64,000 nucleotides of DNA from Sulfitobacter sp. (GCA_045105735.1 JBGCDV010000006.1:115460-179459); one strand, 5' to 3'. Counted from the first letter of the stretch, positions 1-9,832 are shown. Notes: generated by a model from the sequence alone, not told the origin. Numbers and translations: made by a program.

Positions 1-601
1 GCCCATGCGCCGTGCCGAATTCTACAAGATCAGGCAGGCGGGCCATCGTCCCGTCGTCCTTCATGATCTCACAGATCACACCCGAAGGGTGCAGCCCAGC
101 AAGGCGGCTGATGTCCACCGCCGCTTCCGTATGACCGGCGCGGACCAGCACACCGCCATCACGCGCCCGCAGGGGAAAGACGTGGCCCGGCGTGGCGATG
201 TCCGCCGCACCGGCCTGATCGCTGATCGCCACACCAACAGTGAGCGCGCGGTCAGCCGCAGAGATGCCCGTGCTGACCCCCTCACGTGCTTCGATGCTCA
301 GGGTAAAGGCGGTTTCATGGCGGGACGAATTGTTGACGGCCATCATTGGCAAAGCCAACTCATCCACACGCGCTGAGGTGAGCGGCAGACAGATCAACCC
401 GCGCCCATGCGTCGCCATGAAATTGATCGCATCCGCATCGGCAAATTGCGCCGGGATCACAAGATCACCTTCGTTTTCGCGGTCCTCGTGGTCGACCAGA
501 ATGAACATGCGGCCTGCAGCGGCCTCCGCGATGATCTCCTCAATCGGAGAGATGGCGTTGGCCAGTCCTTCTTCGACCGGTCCCGGTGTTTCAAAATTCA
601 T
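1..601 (-). CDS. ribB: 3,4-dihydroxy-2-butanone 4-phosphate synthase (N-terminal part of RibB or bifunctional RibBA; continues beyond the left window edge)
   Basis: The minus-strand frame is open to the window edge, so it is absent from the ORF track. My translation from the ATG at 601-599 reads [74 protein letters not shown]...[62 protein letters not shown]. This carries the DHBP synthase signatures RENEGDL, GHVFPL and HTEA. The + strand ORFs 5..376 and 240..629 are antisense shadows. Confidence 0.85.
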   Translation of the reverse strand, partial: MNFETPGPVEEGLANAISPIEEIIAEAAAGRMFILVDHEDRENEGDLVIPAQFADADAINFMATHGRGLICLPLTSARVDELALPMMAVNNSSRHETAFTLSIEAREGVSTGISAADRALTVGVAISDQAGAADIATPGHVFPLRARDGGVLVRAGHTEAAVDISRLAGLHPSGVICEIMKDDGTMARLPDLVEFGTAHG

Positions 602-688
602 GGCATTCCTCGGCAGTGGCTGCGCCTGATGTAGCCCAGCCGCACGGCTTTGACCAGCGGTGGCACGCGTTCCTGCATGCGTGCTACG

Positions 689-1252
689 TCAGGAGAAATA
701 GCGCGCGGCCTCAACATAACCGGCTGCCTGCGCCGCGGCGCTCCAGTGCCGTTCCAGCGTCGTATCGCCAATGATCAGCACCTGATCTCTTGGCAGGTGC
801 CTGTTTGTGATGAATCCGCCGATATGGTCGCGCATGTCCGCCCAGCTGTCGGTGAACTTTGGGGCGTGGCCCACCGCGTCAAACATCGGATTCGCCAGTT
901 GGATCATGTCGGGGTCAAGCGGTCTGTGCACCAGCGCCAGCTTTTGCGCGCCCTCCACGGCAGAGATGACCTCGCCCCGCTCTACCGGGACATACGGGTT
1001 TTCCGCCCGCACGACCCGCAGCGCATTTGAGGAAAACAACAGCCCCATGATGTCCCGACCCGAGGCTTTGCGCACTGCGGCATAGGTGGGATAATCGAGC
1101 CCCAGCGCATGGGCGCGTGCCACATGCATCTTGACGATCATCAGCGGCATGGTCTTGGGCATCGCCTTGGCCCGCGCGCGCTGCCATTGGTACGTGCGCC
1201 ATTTCTCGCCACGTTCCATTGAGGGGCCTTGGTTGTGACCGATCCCTGCCAT
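689..1252 (-). CDS. conserved hypothetical protein (about 187 aa), translationally coupled to ribE
   Basis: ORF 689..1255. The listed first codon is TTG; the ATG at 1252-1250 overlaps the ribE TGA (TGATG), with GGAG about 9 nt upstream. Codon usage looks normal for a high-GC genome. The N-terminus is MAGIGHNQGPS. I recognise no enzyme motif. Confidence 0.6.
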   Translation of the reverse strand: MAGIGHNQGPSMERGEKWRTYQWQRARAKAMPKTMPLMIVKMHVARAHALGLDYPTYAAVRKASGRDIMGLLFSSNALRVVRAENPYVPVERGEVISAVEGAQKLALVHRPLDPDMIQLANPMFDAVGHAPKFTDSWADMRDHIGGFITNRHLPRDQVLIIGDTTLERHWSAAAQAAGYVEAARYFS

Positions 1253-1845
1253 CAAGACATCTCCGCCAGCCGCGCGACGTAGCGGGCGAGCGTGTCGATC
1301 TCAAGGTTGATCCGGTCGCCGACTTTGACATCGCCCCAGGTTGTCACTTCTTTGGTGTGGGGGATGAAGTTGATGCCGAAATCACAGCCCTCAACCTCAT
1401 TCACAGTGAGCGAGGTGCCATTGAGCGCGACGGAACCTTTGGGCGCAATGAACCGCGCCAGATCTTCGGGCGCGCGCAATGTCACGCGGGTGCTGTCGCC
1501 CTCGTCGGTCATCTCCACCACTTCCGCTACGCCATCCACATGGCCTGACACGATGTGCCCGCCCAGCTCATCCCCGACCTTGAGCGCGCGTTCCAGATTG
1601 AGCCGCTTGCCCACATGCCAGCCGCCCTGACCGATGTTGGTTTTGTCCACGGTCTCAGCGCTGATCTGCACTTCGTACCAATCAGGGCCAAGACCCACGA
1701 CGGTCAAACACACCCCATCGCTGGCAATGGACGCACCCATGTCGATGCCACTGGTGTCATAGCCCGTATTGATCCGCGCGCGCAGGTCGCCTTCCTGCTC
1801 AAGCGTTGTAACAGTGCCGACATCTGTGATTATCCCCGTGAACAT
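1252..1845 (-). CDS. ribE: riboflavin synthase alpha chain
   Basis: MFTGIITDVGTV... is the canonical riboflavin synthase N-terminus, and the lumazine-binding repeat recurs (GHIVSGHVDGV). The start was chosen at the internal ATG (1845-1843) with AAGGA upstream; the 24 codons before it in ORF 1252..1917 look like a spurious extension. Confidence 0.9.
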   Translation of the reverse strand: MFTGIITDVGTVTTLEQEGDLRARINTGYDTSGIDMGASIASDGVCLTVVGLGPDWYEVQISAETVDKTNIGQGGWHVGKRLNLERALKVGDELGGHIVSGHVDGVAEVVEMTDEGDSTRVTLRAPEDLARFIAPKGSVALNGTSLTVNEVEGCDFGINFIPHTKEVTTWGDVKVGDRINLEIDTLARYVARLAEMS

Positions 1846-1973
1846 CTGCTGTCCTTCCCTTAGGTTCTTCTTCACGTATCGCCCGCAGTATTCTCTGACA
1901 AGAGGGGTCTGCGTCACAATTTCGCCCGGATTTTATGCTGGATTGACCGTTGAGTTTACATCGAAGGACCAAT

Positions 1974-3266
1974 ATGAGCGCCGCCGCACCCGATGATCGG
2001 GTTTTTCTGTTCTTGCAGGGGCCACACGGACCCTTTTTCAACCGGCTGGGCAAGATGCTTCGGCTGGCAGGGGCAGAGGTGTGGCGCGTGGGGTTCAATG
2101 CGGGCGACCGGGCGTTTTGGTTTCATCCGCGCAGTTACATTCCTTATCGCGGGACATCCGCCGACTGGACAGAGACGTTTACCGCGCTGATCGTTGAAAA
2201 ACAGGTCACCGACATCGTTCTTTATGGGGATACGCGGCCGATCCACGCCGAAGCAGTGGCAGAGGCACGGCGGCGTGGCATCACGGTCCATGTCTTTGAA
2301 GAAGGCTACATGCGTCCCTACTGGGTGACGTATGAGCGTGGCGGCTCCAACGGAAACTCGCGCCTGATGGACATGACCATCCCGCAGATGCAGGCGGCCC
2401 TTGCCCAATCGGATATGGAGGCCCCTTTGCCGCCGGGCCATTGGGGCGACATGCGGCAACACATCTTTTATGGCGCGCTGTATCATTGGTTCGTGATGTT
2501 CCGAAACGGTGATTATCGCAACTTCCGCCCCCACCGCAGCCTGCCTGTGACCAAAGAATTTGCACTCTACATCAAACGCCTGCTGCTGATGCCGCTTTTG
2601 TGGGCAGACCGCATAACATCCACCCTGCGCATCCGGCTGGGTGGGTTTCCCTATCATCTGTCATTGCTGCAGCTTGAGCATGACAGCTCTTTTCAGATGC
2701 ATTCGCCCTTTGGCACCATGTCTGATTTCCTTGAGCTGGTGATCGAAGGTTTTGCAAAAGGTGCGCCCAAGCATCACCATTTGGTTGTCAAAGCCCATCC
2801 GCTTGAGGATGGGCGCGTGCCGGTGCGCCGCGATCTCAAACGTCTTGCCCGCAAAATGGGTGTCGCAAACCGGGTGCATTATGTGCGCGGCGGCAAGCTG
2901 GCGCAGCTTCTCAATGACGCGCGCAGTGCGGTGACGGTGAACTCCACCGCCGGGCAACAGGTGCTCTGGCGCGGCATTCCGCTCAAGGTCTTTGGCCGTG
3001 CGGTCTATGCTCAACCTGAGTTTGTGTCGGATCAACCACTGGCTGAATTCTTTGCAGGAGCGAGCCGCCCTGACAACAAAGCATACAAGGACTATCGCCG
3101 CTATCTGCTTGAAACATCACAGATTCCCGGTGGATTTTACTCGGCCCGGGGACGTCGCCAATTGCTGCGCCAAGTCGTCGACATGATGCTTTCGCCAGAA
3201 GATCCGTACGATGCGCTCAAATCGGGTACCGCGGCTCCACGGCAACAGTTGCGCGTTGTCACCTGA
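1974..3266 (+). CDS. kpsS: capsule polysaccharide biosynthesis protein KpsS-like (beta-Kdo transferase family)
   Basis: The N-terminus RVFLFLQGPHGPFFNRLG and the overall Capsule_synth-type sequence fit KpsS, as does the neighbouring KpsC-like gene. ATG at 1974 is preceded by AAGGA; the ORF-track start at 1950 is TTG. Confidence 0.8.
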   Translation: MSAAAPDDRVFLFLQGPHGPFFNRLGKMLRLAGAEVWRVGFNAGDRAFWFHPRSYIPYRGTSADWTETFTALIVEKQVTDIVLYGDTRPIHAEAVAEARRRGITVHVFEEGYMRPYWVTYERGGSNGNSRLMDMTIPQMQAALAQSDMEAPLPPGHWGDMRQHIFYGALYHWFVMFRNGDYRNFRPHRSLPVTKEFALYIKRLLLMPLLWADRITSTLRIRLGGFPYHLSLLQLEHDSSFQMHSPFGTMSDFLELVIEGFAKGAPKHHHLVVKAHPLEDGRVPVRRDLKRLARKMGVANRVHYVRGGKLAQLLNDARSAVTVNSTAGQQVLWRGIPLKVFGRAVYAQPEFVSDQPLAEFFAGASRPDNKAYKDYRRYLLETSQIPGGFYSARGRRQLLRQVVDMMLSPEDPYDALKSGTAAPRQQLRVVT

Positions 3267-3381
3267 TCCAAGTCCCTGTGCAGACTGGATTTTCAATTCT
3301 TCCTAAGGTAGCTTGAAAATAATTACGTCGGAAAACCGGCGAGTATTGAGGCAGAGTTGAATAGGGCGAGGAGCCCGGGCA

Positions 3382-4515
3382 GTGAAATCCGTAGTATTTC
3401 GGTGGGCGCGCCCCATCGCAGCAGTCACGGCTTTGGCCGTTATCACCTCTTGTGGTTTGCCGCAGGTGGGTCCCAACAAACGCCAGATTTATGCAGGCTC
3501 CGTGCAAAAAGAGGGCGATGCGTTTGTCGTCGCAGTCAATGACCGTGTCACCCGCGCCACCGCCGTGGTGCCTGCGCTTGGGTTCTCGGATGCGTTCAAG
3601 AATGCCGCCACGCTGGGCTCTGACACAATCCGCCCCGGCGACGTGCTGGGCATCACTGTATATGAGAACGTCGATGATCCGCTTTTGGGTGTCGAAGGCT
3701 CCCCCGCCACAGCACTGGAAGAGGTGCAGGTTGACGGGTCCGGGTTCATCTTCATTCCCTATGCTGGCCGGATCAAAGCCTCTGGCAATTCACCCGACGC
3801 CATCCGTCGCATCATCACCAACAAGCTGGGCGAACAGACCCCCGATCCACAGGTTGAGGTACGCCGCGCTGCAGGCGATGGGTCCACTGTGTCACTGATC
3901 GGCTCGATTGGTGCCCAAGGGGTCTACGCCATTGAACGTCCGACCCGCCAGTTGGGCAGCATGCTCGCGCAAGCGGGTGGTGTGACGATTGAACCCGAGA
4001 TTGCGCAGATCACCGTGATCCGCGGCAACCAACGTGGCAAGATCTGGCTGGAAGACCTCTATGAGCATCCCGAGCTTGATATCGCCCTGCGCGCCGGCGA
4101 CCGCATTCTGGTCGAGGAAGACACCCGGTCCTTCACCGCACTGGGTGCGACGGGGGGACAGGCACAAGTCCCGTTTGAATCGCAGACCCTGTCGGCACTG
4201 GAAGGGATCGCCCAAGTGGGTGGCCTGAACGCAAGCACCGCAGACCCGACCGGCGTATTCGTTTTCCGCAATGAGCCTGCCGAGGTGGCGGGGCAAGTGC
4301 TGGGCCGCAGTGATCTGCAAGGGGCGCAGCGCATGGTTTACGTCCTCAACCTCACACAACCCAACGGCATGTTCATGGCACGCGATTTCGTGATCCGCGA
4401 CGGCGACACGATCTATGTCACCGAAGCGCCGTTCACTCAGTGGAACAAGGTTATCTCCGCAATCACCGGCACGGCGACATCGGCCTCCGGTCTGACCTCT
4501 CTGACGGGCGGCTGA
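3382..4515 (+). CDS. polysaccharide export outer-membrane lipoprotein (Wza/KpsD-type, Poly_export + SLBB)
   Basis: Signal peptide with lipobox (AVITSCG). Poly_export-like IRPGDVLGITVYE, and SLBB-like repeats (LRAGDRILVEE, VIRDGDTIYVTE). GTG start with GAGGAG 7 nt upstream. Confidence 0.8.
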   Translation: MKSVVFRWARPIAAVTALAVITSCGLPQVGPNKRQIYAGSVQKEGDAFVVAVNDRVTRATAVVPALGFSDAFKNAATLGSDTIRPGDVLGITVYENVDDPLLGVEGSPATALEEVQVDGSGFIFIPYAGRIKASGNSPDAIRRIITNKLGEQTPDPQVEVRRAAGDGSTVSLIGSIGAQGVYAIERPTRQLGSMLAQAGGVTIEPEIAQITVIRGNQRGKIWLEDLYEHPELDIALRAGDRILVEEDTRSFTALGATGGQAQVPFESQTLSALEGIAQVGGLNASTADPTGVFVFRNEPAEVAGQVLGRSDLQGAQRMVYVLNLTQPNGMFMARDFVIRDGDTIYVTEAPFTQWNKVISAITGTATSASGLTSLTGG

Positions 4516-4519
4516 CACC

Positions 4520-6556
4520 GTGGCCCTTGGCCCTGAAACATATGACATTCCCGCCGCCGGCCCTGAAAAGGACCGGCGGCTTTTTGTCTATAACGGCGGG
4601 TTTCTGACGCAGGGCCGCGTGCGGCGCATTCTGCAACTGGCGGGCTATTCCGTGCATCTGGGCGTACCTAAGGACGGCGATGCTGTTGGTGTCTGGGGCA
4701 ATTCCCCCACCGCACATCGCGGCGAAGGCGTGGCGGCAAAGCGCGATGCACCCATTGTGAGGGTTGAGGACGCGCTACTGCGTTCCGTGCATCCCGGGCG
4801 CGCGGGCGAACCACCTTTGGGGCTGCTGATCGACCACAAGGCCGTACATTTTGACCCCTCCACGCCCTCTGACCTCGAAGAGCTGCTGGCCACACATCCG
4901 CTGGATGACACCCATCTGCTGAACCGGGCGCGCGGTGCCATTGCTGAGATGGCGGCGTCGCATCTGAGCAAGTACACCGGATTTGAACCCAACACACCCG
5001 CCCCGCCCCCCGGCTACGTGCTGGTGATCGACCAAACCGAAGGCGACGCCTCTGTCACCGCTTCGGGCGCGGACCGGGCGCGATTCATCGAAATGCTGGT
5101 GTTCGCCCAAGAAGAACACCCCGGTTGCCCCGTCATCATCAAGACACATCCCGAAACCGCACAGGGTTTTCGCAAGGGCTACTTTACCGATGCGGATGCA
5201 AATGACCGCATTACGCTGATGTCTGACCCGATCAGCCCGTGGGTTCTTTTTGAAGGGGCGGTGGGGGTCTATACCGTTTCATCGCAAATGGGGTTTGAGG
5301 CCATCTTTGCAGGCCACAAGCCGCGCGTTTTTGGCCAGCCTTTCTATGCTGGGTGGGGCCTGACCACGGATGAATTCCCGGTGGCCCGTCGGCAGCGCAT
5401 CCTCACCCGGCCGCAGCTTTTTGCTGGCGCGATGATCCTCTACCCAAAGTGGTACGACCCCTACCGTGACCGTCTGGGCACGCTGGAAGACGCGCTGACG
5501 ACACTTCAGGCTCAGACCCGGTGCTGGCGGGAGGATCATGCGGGTTGGACCGCCTCTGCCATGCGGATGTGGAAACGCAAACCGCTGCAAGAGTTCTTTG
5601 GCACCTATAAACCACTGATATTTGAAGACGATCCCGCCAAAGCGCGGCAGTCTGAGCGCCCTTGGATGGTTTGGGCGGGCAAAGCGCAGGTGGGTCACGA
5701 AGACGCGATGCGGGTGGAGGATGGTTTCTTGCGTTCGCGGGGGCTAGGCGCTGAGCTGATCCCGCCGCTTTCGCTCGTTTGTGACGATCTGGGCATCTAC
5801 TACGATCCTACCAAACCGAGCCGTCTGGAAGAATGGATCGCAAGGCGCGCTGATCTGCGGCCCGATCAAAGCGCGCGTGCGCGCATGCTGATGGAGCGAT
5901 TGGTCGCGGCGAAGTTAAGCAAATACAACCTCAACGCCGCGACACCTGACCTTAGCATGCTCCCCTCGGGCAAGCGCATTCTGGTGCCCGGACAGGTTGA
6001 GGACGATGCCTCAATCCGCACAGGAACTGACACCGTGCGCACCAACCGTGCCTTGCTCAATGCTGCGCGCACGGCGCACCCGGATGCCGTGATCCTTTAC
6101 AAACCACACCCCGACGTCGAAGCGGGATTGCGCGAGGGCGGCGACGATTGTGCAGAGCTTGCCGATTTGGTTGTGCGCGACGCGGACCCCATCGCCCTGT
6201 TGGCAGAGGTAGATGAAGTCTGGACCATGACCTCACTTCTAGGGTTCGAGGCGCTCTTGCGCGGCGTCTCGGTGACCACTCTGGGGGTCCCGTTTTACGC
6301 AGGCTGGGGCCTGACAAGGGACCTTGGTGACGTCCCCCCCCGCCGCCGCGCAGAGCCAAGCATTGAAGGGCTCGTGTATGCAGCCCTGATTGACTATCCA
6401 CGCTACCGTGATCCGCAGTCTGGATTGCCCTGCCCCGTTGAAGTGATCGTTGAGCGGCTGAGCGAAGGTGATATCCCTCGACCCAGCCGCGCAAACCGGA
6501 TGTTGTCAAAACTGCAAGGGGTCTTTGCCTCCAAGGCGCATTGGTGGCGACGGTAG
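4520..6556 (+). CDS. kpsC: capsule polysaccharide biosynthesis protein KpsC-like (tandem beta-Kdo transferase domains)
   Basis: 678 aa with an internal duplication typical of KpsC: VIIKTHPE...FYAGWGLTTDEF in the first half and ILYKPHPD...FYAGWGLTRDLG in the second. GTG start 4 nt after the upstream stop. Confidence 0.8.
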   Translation: MALGPETYDIPAAGPEKDRRLFVYNGGFLTQGRVRRILQLAGYSVHLGVPKDGDAVGVWGNSPTAHRGEGVAAKRDAPIVRVEDALLRSVHPGRAGEPPLGLLIDHKAVHFDPSTPSDLEELLATHPLDDTHLLNRARGAIAEMAASHLSKYTGFEPNTPAPPPGYVLVIDQTEGDASVTASGADRARFIEMLVFAQEEHPGCPVIIKTHPETAQGFRKGYFTDADANDRITLMSDPISPWVLFEGAVGVYTVSSQMGFEAIFAGHKPRVFGQPFYAGWGLTTDEFPVARRQRILTRPQLFAGAMILYPKWYDPYRDRLGTLEDALTTLQAQTRCWREDHAGWTASAMRMWKRKPLQEFFGTYKPLIFEDDPAKARQSERPWMVWAGKAQVGHEDAMRVEDGFLRSRGLGAELIPPLSLVCDDLGIYYDPTKPSRLEEWIARRADLRPDQSARARMLMERLVAAKLSKYNLNAATPDLSMLPSGKRILVPGQVEDDASIRTGTDTVRTNRALLNAARTAHPDAVILYKPHPDVEAGLREGGDDCAELADLVVRDADPIALLAEVDEVWTMTSLLGFEALLRGVSVTTLGVPFYAGWGLTRDLGDVPPRRRAEPSIEGLVYAALIDYPRYRDPQSGLPCPVEVIVERLSEGDIPRPSRANRMLSKLQGVFASKAHWWRR

Positions 6557-6581
6557 TTTTCGGCGATTGAACCCTGCGGCT

Positions 6582-7679
6582 CTATTTGGGGACAGGACGC
6601 CGCCAGACATGCATCACATCTGCCCCAACCGGCCGCACATCGCGAAGCTCATACCGCGGGGCCGCCGCGAGCTGTGACAGGCCCATCGCACCAATGCCTG
6701 GCAGCCCTTCGGCACCGATCGCCAGCCCGGCGGTAAAACCAACCAGTTCGTCCACCAGATCCGCTTCAATCAAGGAGGCGGCCAGCGCGCCGCCGCCTTC
6801 GCAGAACACCCGGGTCAGCCCATGCGCACCAAGCTTTTGCAAGACATCAACCGGATCAAGCTGCGTGCCCCGCACCCCGCAGGGCAACAGCACAGCCCCC
6901 AAATCACGCCACGTCTGCATAAGCGCCTTGTCCGCGTCCCTGCCATGACACAGAAGCAGCGGCACGTCGCCTGCCGTGCGCGCCAATTGCCCCATAAGCG
7001 GCAGGTCAAGCCGCCGGGAGACGACAACCCGCGTGGGTTGGTGGCGGACACCAAGGTCGCGCACGGTCAGGCTCGGATCATCCTTGCGTGCCGTGCCGCC
7101 GCCGACCAACACGGCGTCATGACGCGCGCGCAGACCGTGCACGGCGCGGCGCGCCTCAGGACCTGTGATCCACTGGCTTTCGCCCGTTCCGGTGGCAATG
7201 CGCCCGTCAAAAGACTGCGCCAACTTGAGCGTCAGGAAAGGCCGCCCGTGGTTTTGCACCATCAGAAAACCGGAATTGTCCTCAGCTGCCTGTTGCGCAC
7301 CCTGCCCCACCTCAACGGCGATGCCCGCCGCGCGCAACCGTTCAAGCCCTTGGCCTGCAACCTGTGGATTTGGGTCCCCGATAGCGGTCACCACACGGGC
7401 AACCCCAGCCGCGATCAGCGCATCCGCGCAGGGTGGTGTGTTGCCTGTATGTGAACAAGGCTCAAGCGTGACATAGACCGTCGCACCTTGCGCGGCTGAT
7501 CCCGCCTGATCCAGCGCGACCCGTTCCGCATGGCGCATTGTCGCACGATCAGATGTCCCGCGCCCGACAATCCGACCCTCTTTGACGATCACACATCCCA
7601 CAGATGGCCACGGGGCCACCTGCCCCAGACCGCGCCGCGCAAGGCTCAGGGCCAATGCCATGAAGCGGGCGTCGCTCAC
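6582..7679 (-). CDS. ribD: bifunctional diaminohydroxyphosphoribosylaminopyrimidine deaminase / 5-amino-6-(5-phosphoribosylamino)uracil reductase
   Basis: Deaminase zinc motifs HAERVAL and [13 protein letters not shown], followed by a reductase domain. The GTG start overlaps the nrdR stop (GTGA). Confidence 0.92.
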   Translation of the reverse strand: MSDARFMALALSLARRGLGQVAPWPSVGCVIVKEGRIVGRGTSDRATMRHAERVALDQAGSAAQGATVYVTLEPCSHTGNTPPCADALIAAGVARVVTAIGDPNPQVAGQGLERLRAAGIAVEVGQGAQQAAEDNSGFLMVQNHGRPFLTLKLAQSFDGRIATGTGESQWITGPEARRAVHGLRARHDAVLVGGGTARKDDPSLTVRDLGVRHQPTRVVVSRRLDLPLMGQLARTAGDVPLLLCHGRDADKALMQTWRDLGAVLLPCGVRGTQLDPVDVLQKLGAHGLTRVFCEGGGALAASLIEADLVDELVGFTAGLAIGAEGLPGIGAMGLSQLAAAPRYELRDVRPVGADVMHVWRRPVPK

Positions 7680-8146
7680 TCGTCTTCTGGTGGGGTCTCG
7701 GGGCGCAATTCCTGAACGAATTTGTCAAAATCATCCGCCGCCTGGAAGTTCTTGTAAACACTTGCAAAACGCACATACGCAACGGTGTCGATCCGCGCCA
7801 GCGCCTCCATCACGATCTCACCGATCTGCTTGGAGCCAATGTCCGTTTCGCCCATGCTCTCCAACCGCCGAACGATGCCACTGATCATCTGGTCGATGCG
7901 TTCTGGGTCAATGGGGCGTTTCTGCATGGAAATCCGAATGGAGCGTTCCAGCTTGTCGCGGTCAAAATCCTCGCGTTTGCCAGAGCTTTTGATGACGACC
8001 AGATCACGCAATTGCACACGCTCATAAGTGGTGAACCGCCCGCCACAGGCAGGACAGAACCGCCGCCGCCTGATTGAGACGTGATCCTCCGCCGGGCGCG
8101 AGTCTTTCACTTGAGTGTCAATATTTCCACAAAACGGGCAGCGCAT
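7676..8146 (-). CDS. nrdR: transcriptional repressor NrdR
   Basis: [18 protein letters not shown]...[17 protein letters not shown] zinc ribbon plus an ATP-cone; 156 aa. Confidence 0.95.
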   Translation of the reverse strand: MRCPFCGNIDTQVKDSRPAEDHVSIRRRRFCPACGGRFTTYERVQLRDLVVIKSSGKREDFDRDKLERSIRISMQKRPIDPERIDQMISGIVRRLESMGETDIGSKQIGEIVMEALARIDTVAYVRFASVYKNFQAADDFDKFVQELRPETPPEDE

Positions 8147-8288
8147 GGGCTTTCCCCTTTTCTTTCTGCCGTGACTAGTGGGCCGTTCCGCCCTGTTCCC
8201 CAGACTTATAGGTCACCCGCGAGGTTTTGGGTAGAGGCGAAATGCACCGCAACATCTTGTGACGCAATGGCAGGTATCGCCCGACGGT

Positions 8289-8714
8289 TCAGGTGGAAAA
8301 TTGCGCCGCAACGTGACGGATGTGCGGCGCATCGCGATGCTCAAACAGATAGATCCCTTGCCATGTCCCAAGCCGCATCCGACCACGTGCAACCGGAATG
8401 GACAGGCTGGTCGGCATCATCGCGGCTTTGATATGGGCGGGCATGTCATCGGGCCCCTCGGATCGATGACGCACATAGGCCATCTGCGGGTCGTTTGCCG
8501 GGGGAACGAGGCGGGCAAAGAACGCCTGCAAATCGCGCTGCACATCCGGATCGGCGTTTTCCTGTATCAAAAGCGAGGCAGAGGTGTGCTGTACCATCAA
8601 CGTCAGCACCCCATCCCCCTGCCCGGTCAACCACCGCGCCACGTCAGCGGTGAATTCATAAAGACCGGGGCCTTGCGCGTGAATCTCAAAGGTCGTTTGC
8701 ATAGCACGCAGCAT
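8289..8714 (-). CDS. YjbQ/UPF0047 family protein (secondary thiamine-phosphate synthase-like)
   Basis: LTLMVQHTSASLLIQENADPDVQRDL...PDDMPAHIKAAMMPTSLSIPV...GTWQGIYLFEHR matches the YjbQ family pattern. The start is ambiguous: TTG 8738, ATG 8714 or ATG 8702. Confidence 0.75.
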   Translation of the reverse strand: MLRAMQTTFEIHAQGPGLYEFTADVARWLTGQGDGVLTLMVQHTSASLLIQENADPDVQRDLQAFFARLVPPANDPQMAYVRHRSEGPDDMPAHIKAAMMPTSLSIPVARGRMRLGTWQGIYLFEHRDAPHIRHVAAQFST

Positions 8715-8744
8715 GCCCGTGCGGTTTTCCCAGAGCAAGCAGGC

Positions 8745-9152
8745 TCATTTTGTCGAGCGGGTAAAAGCATCCCGGCAATATCGTCGCGCCTGTACCGACT
8801 TCAACATCGCGCCGCGCACCTGAACCGTCAGCGTCTGCCGGGAAGTGCCCTGCGCAGGTATTCCCGCAGTGGATGTGCTGAACACAACACCCTTTCGGCC
8901 AGACATCGTCAGGCTGGGACCACGCGGACGTTTGACATAGATGGGCGTCAACTCGGACTGACCTGTCCGGCGTTCAATATATGTCGCGGCACCGCACCAA
9001 TATTCCGCGGCACCAAAATTCATGCCCTGTATCACTTCAAAGTCCGTCGCGTTGAGCCGGTTGATAACAATCTTGTCTTCCTCGCCGGTGGTCGCGGCGA
9101 GCGGCAGGACGGGCAAAACACCAACCAACATGGCAATGGTGGCAATTCTCAT
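8745..9152 (-). CDS. secreted hypothetical protein (paralog A of a tandem pair)
   Basis: Signal peptide MRIATIAMLVGVLPVLPLAA. Shares INRL..FEVI..WC.AA.Y...YVK.PRGPS...GR.GVVF.T...C with the next gene. Confidence 0.6.
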   Translation of the reverse strand: MRIATIAMLVGVLPVLPLAATTGEEDKIVINRLNATDFEVIQGMNFGAAEYWCGAATYIERRTGQSELTPIYVKRPRGPSLTMSGRKGVVFSTSTAGIPAQGTSRQTLTVQVRGAMLKSVQARRYCRDAFTRSTK

Positions 9153-9259
9153 TGGTTCCTCACTCTCACATCAGGACATACGGATCGGATTGGGAATACA
9201 GCTAGCGTGGCGCATGGCGTCAGCAAGGATGTGCCCCACCCCAGCCTTGCGCATCCGGA

Positions 9260-9688
9260 TCAGTTTTTCTCAAGTCGGTAAAAAATATCATCGATTTCAA
9301 GGATATAGCCTTTGCAAAACTGATAGGCGTGATGCAAAGGCAACCCTTGCCCGGCAACCCGCACGCTCACCGAGTAAGACTGAGAAGGTGCGACGCTGAG
9401 CGCGTTCACATCCGTGGTAAAAACCACACCGATGCGCCCCGCGCCGCTGACGGAGGGTCCGCGCGGCGATTTGACATAAAGCCGTTGATCGCACCTGATA
9501 TTTTGCCGCGTGATGGCATAGTCCGCCGCGGCGCACCACATCCCTCGCGCCCCATCGCCGCGCGCCTCAATCACTTCAAAACCCTGCGCCCCCAAGGGGA
9601 CGACCTGAAGCCGGTTGATCGCCTCAAAGGCATGTCCAACGCTGGCGAAAGACAGGAGCACGGCAAAGGTAAGGGCTGGTAAGCGCAT
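9260..9688 (-). CDS. secreted hypothetical protein (paralog B of a tandem pair)
   Basis: Signal peptide MRLPALTFAVLLSFASVGHA, starting at the third in-frame ATG of ORF 9260..9715. Same conserved blocks as 8745..9152. Confidence 0.6.
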   Translation of the reverse strand: MRLPALTFAVLLSFASVGHAFEAINRLQVVPLGAQGFEVIEARGDGARGMWCAAADYAITRQNIRCDQRLYVKSPRGPSVSGAGRIGVVFTTDVNALSVAPSQSYSVSVRVAGQGLPLHHAYQFCKGYILEIDDIFYRLEKN

Positions 9689-9832
9689 GACGGGCCTCAT
9701 TGGGTACCAATGCAAGATAGTGCCGTCGCGCGTCTTGGCAAAATCACAGATGCGTGCTTCGGCAGCACACTGCCTGCCCCCGTTGGCGCCATCGTTGAAA
9801 ACGCCACCGACGGCTAAAGCGACATTGGATCA

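Noticed and set aside
5-629. + strand ORFs 5..376, 240..629 and 407..634 listed in the track
   Set aside because: The minus strand here encodes an unmistakable DHBP synthase (RibB) whose frame is open at the window edge. The + ORFs are shadows.
602-1950. FMN (RFN) riboswitch expected near rib genes
   Set aside because: I examined the spacers 602-688 and 1846-1973, and the region upstream of nrdR/ribD, and did not recognise the conserved RFN core. This cannot be excluded without a covariance-model scan. The true operon leader may lie outside the window.
8259-9281. 340-aa + strand ORF crossing the yjbQ-like gene and both secreted paralogs
   Set aside because: It spans three independent minus-strand genes and their spacers, has no motif content and has the typical antisense composition.
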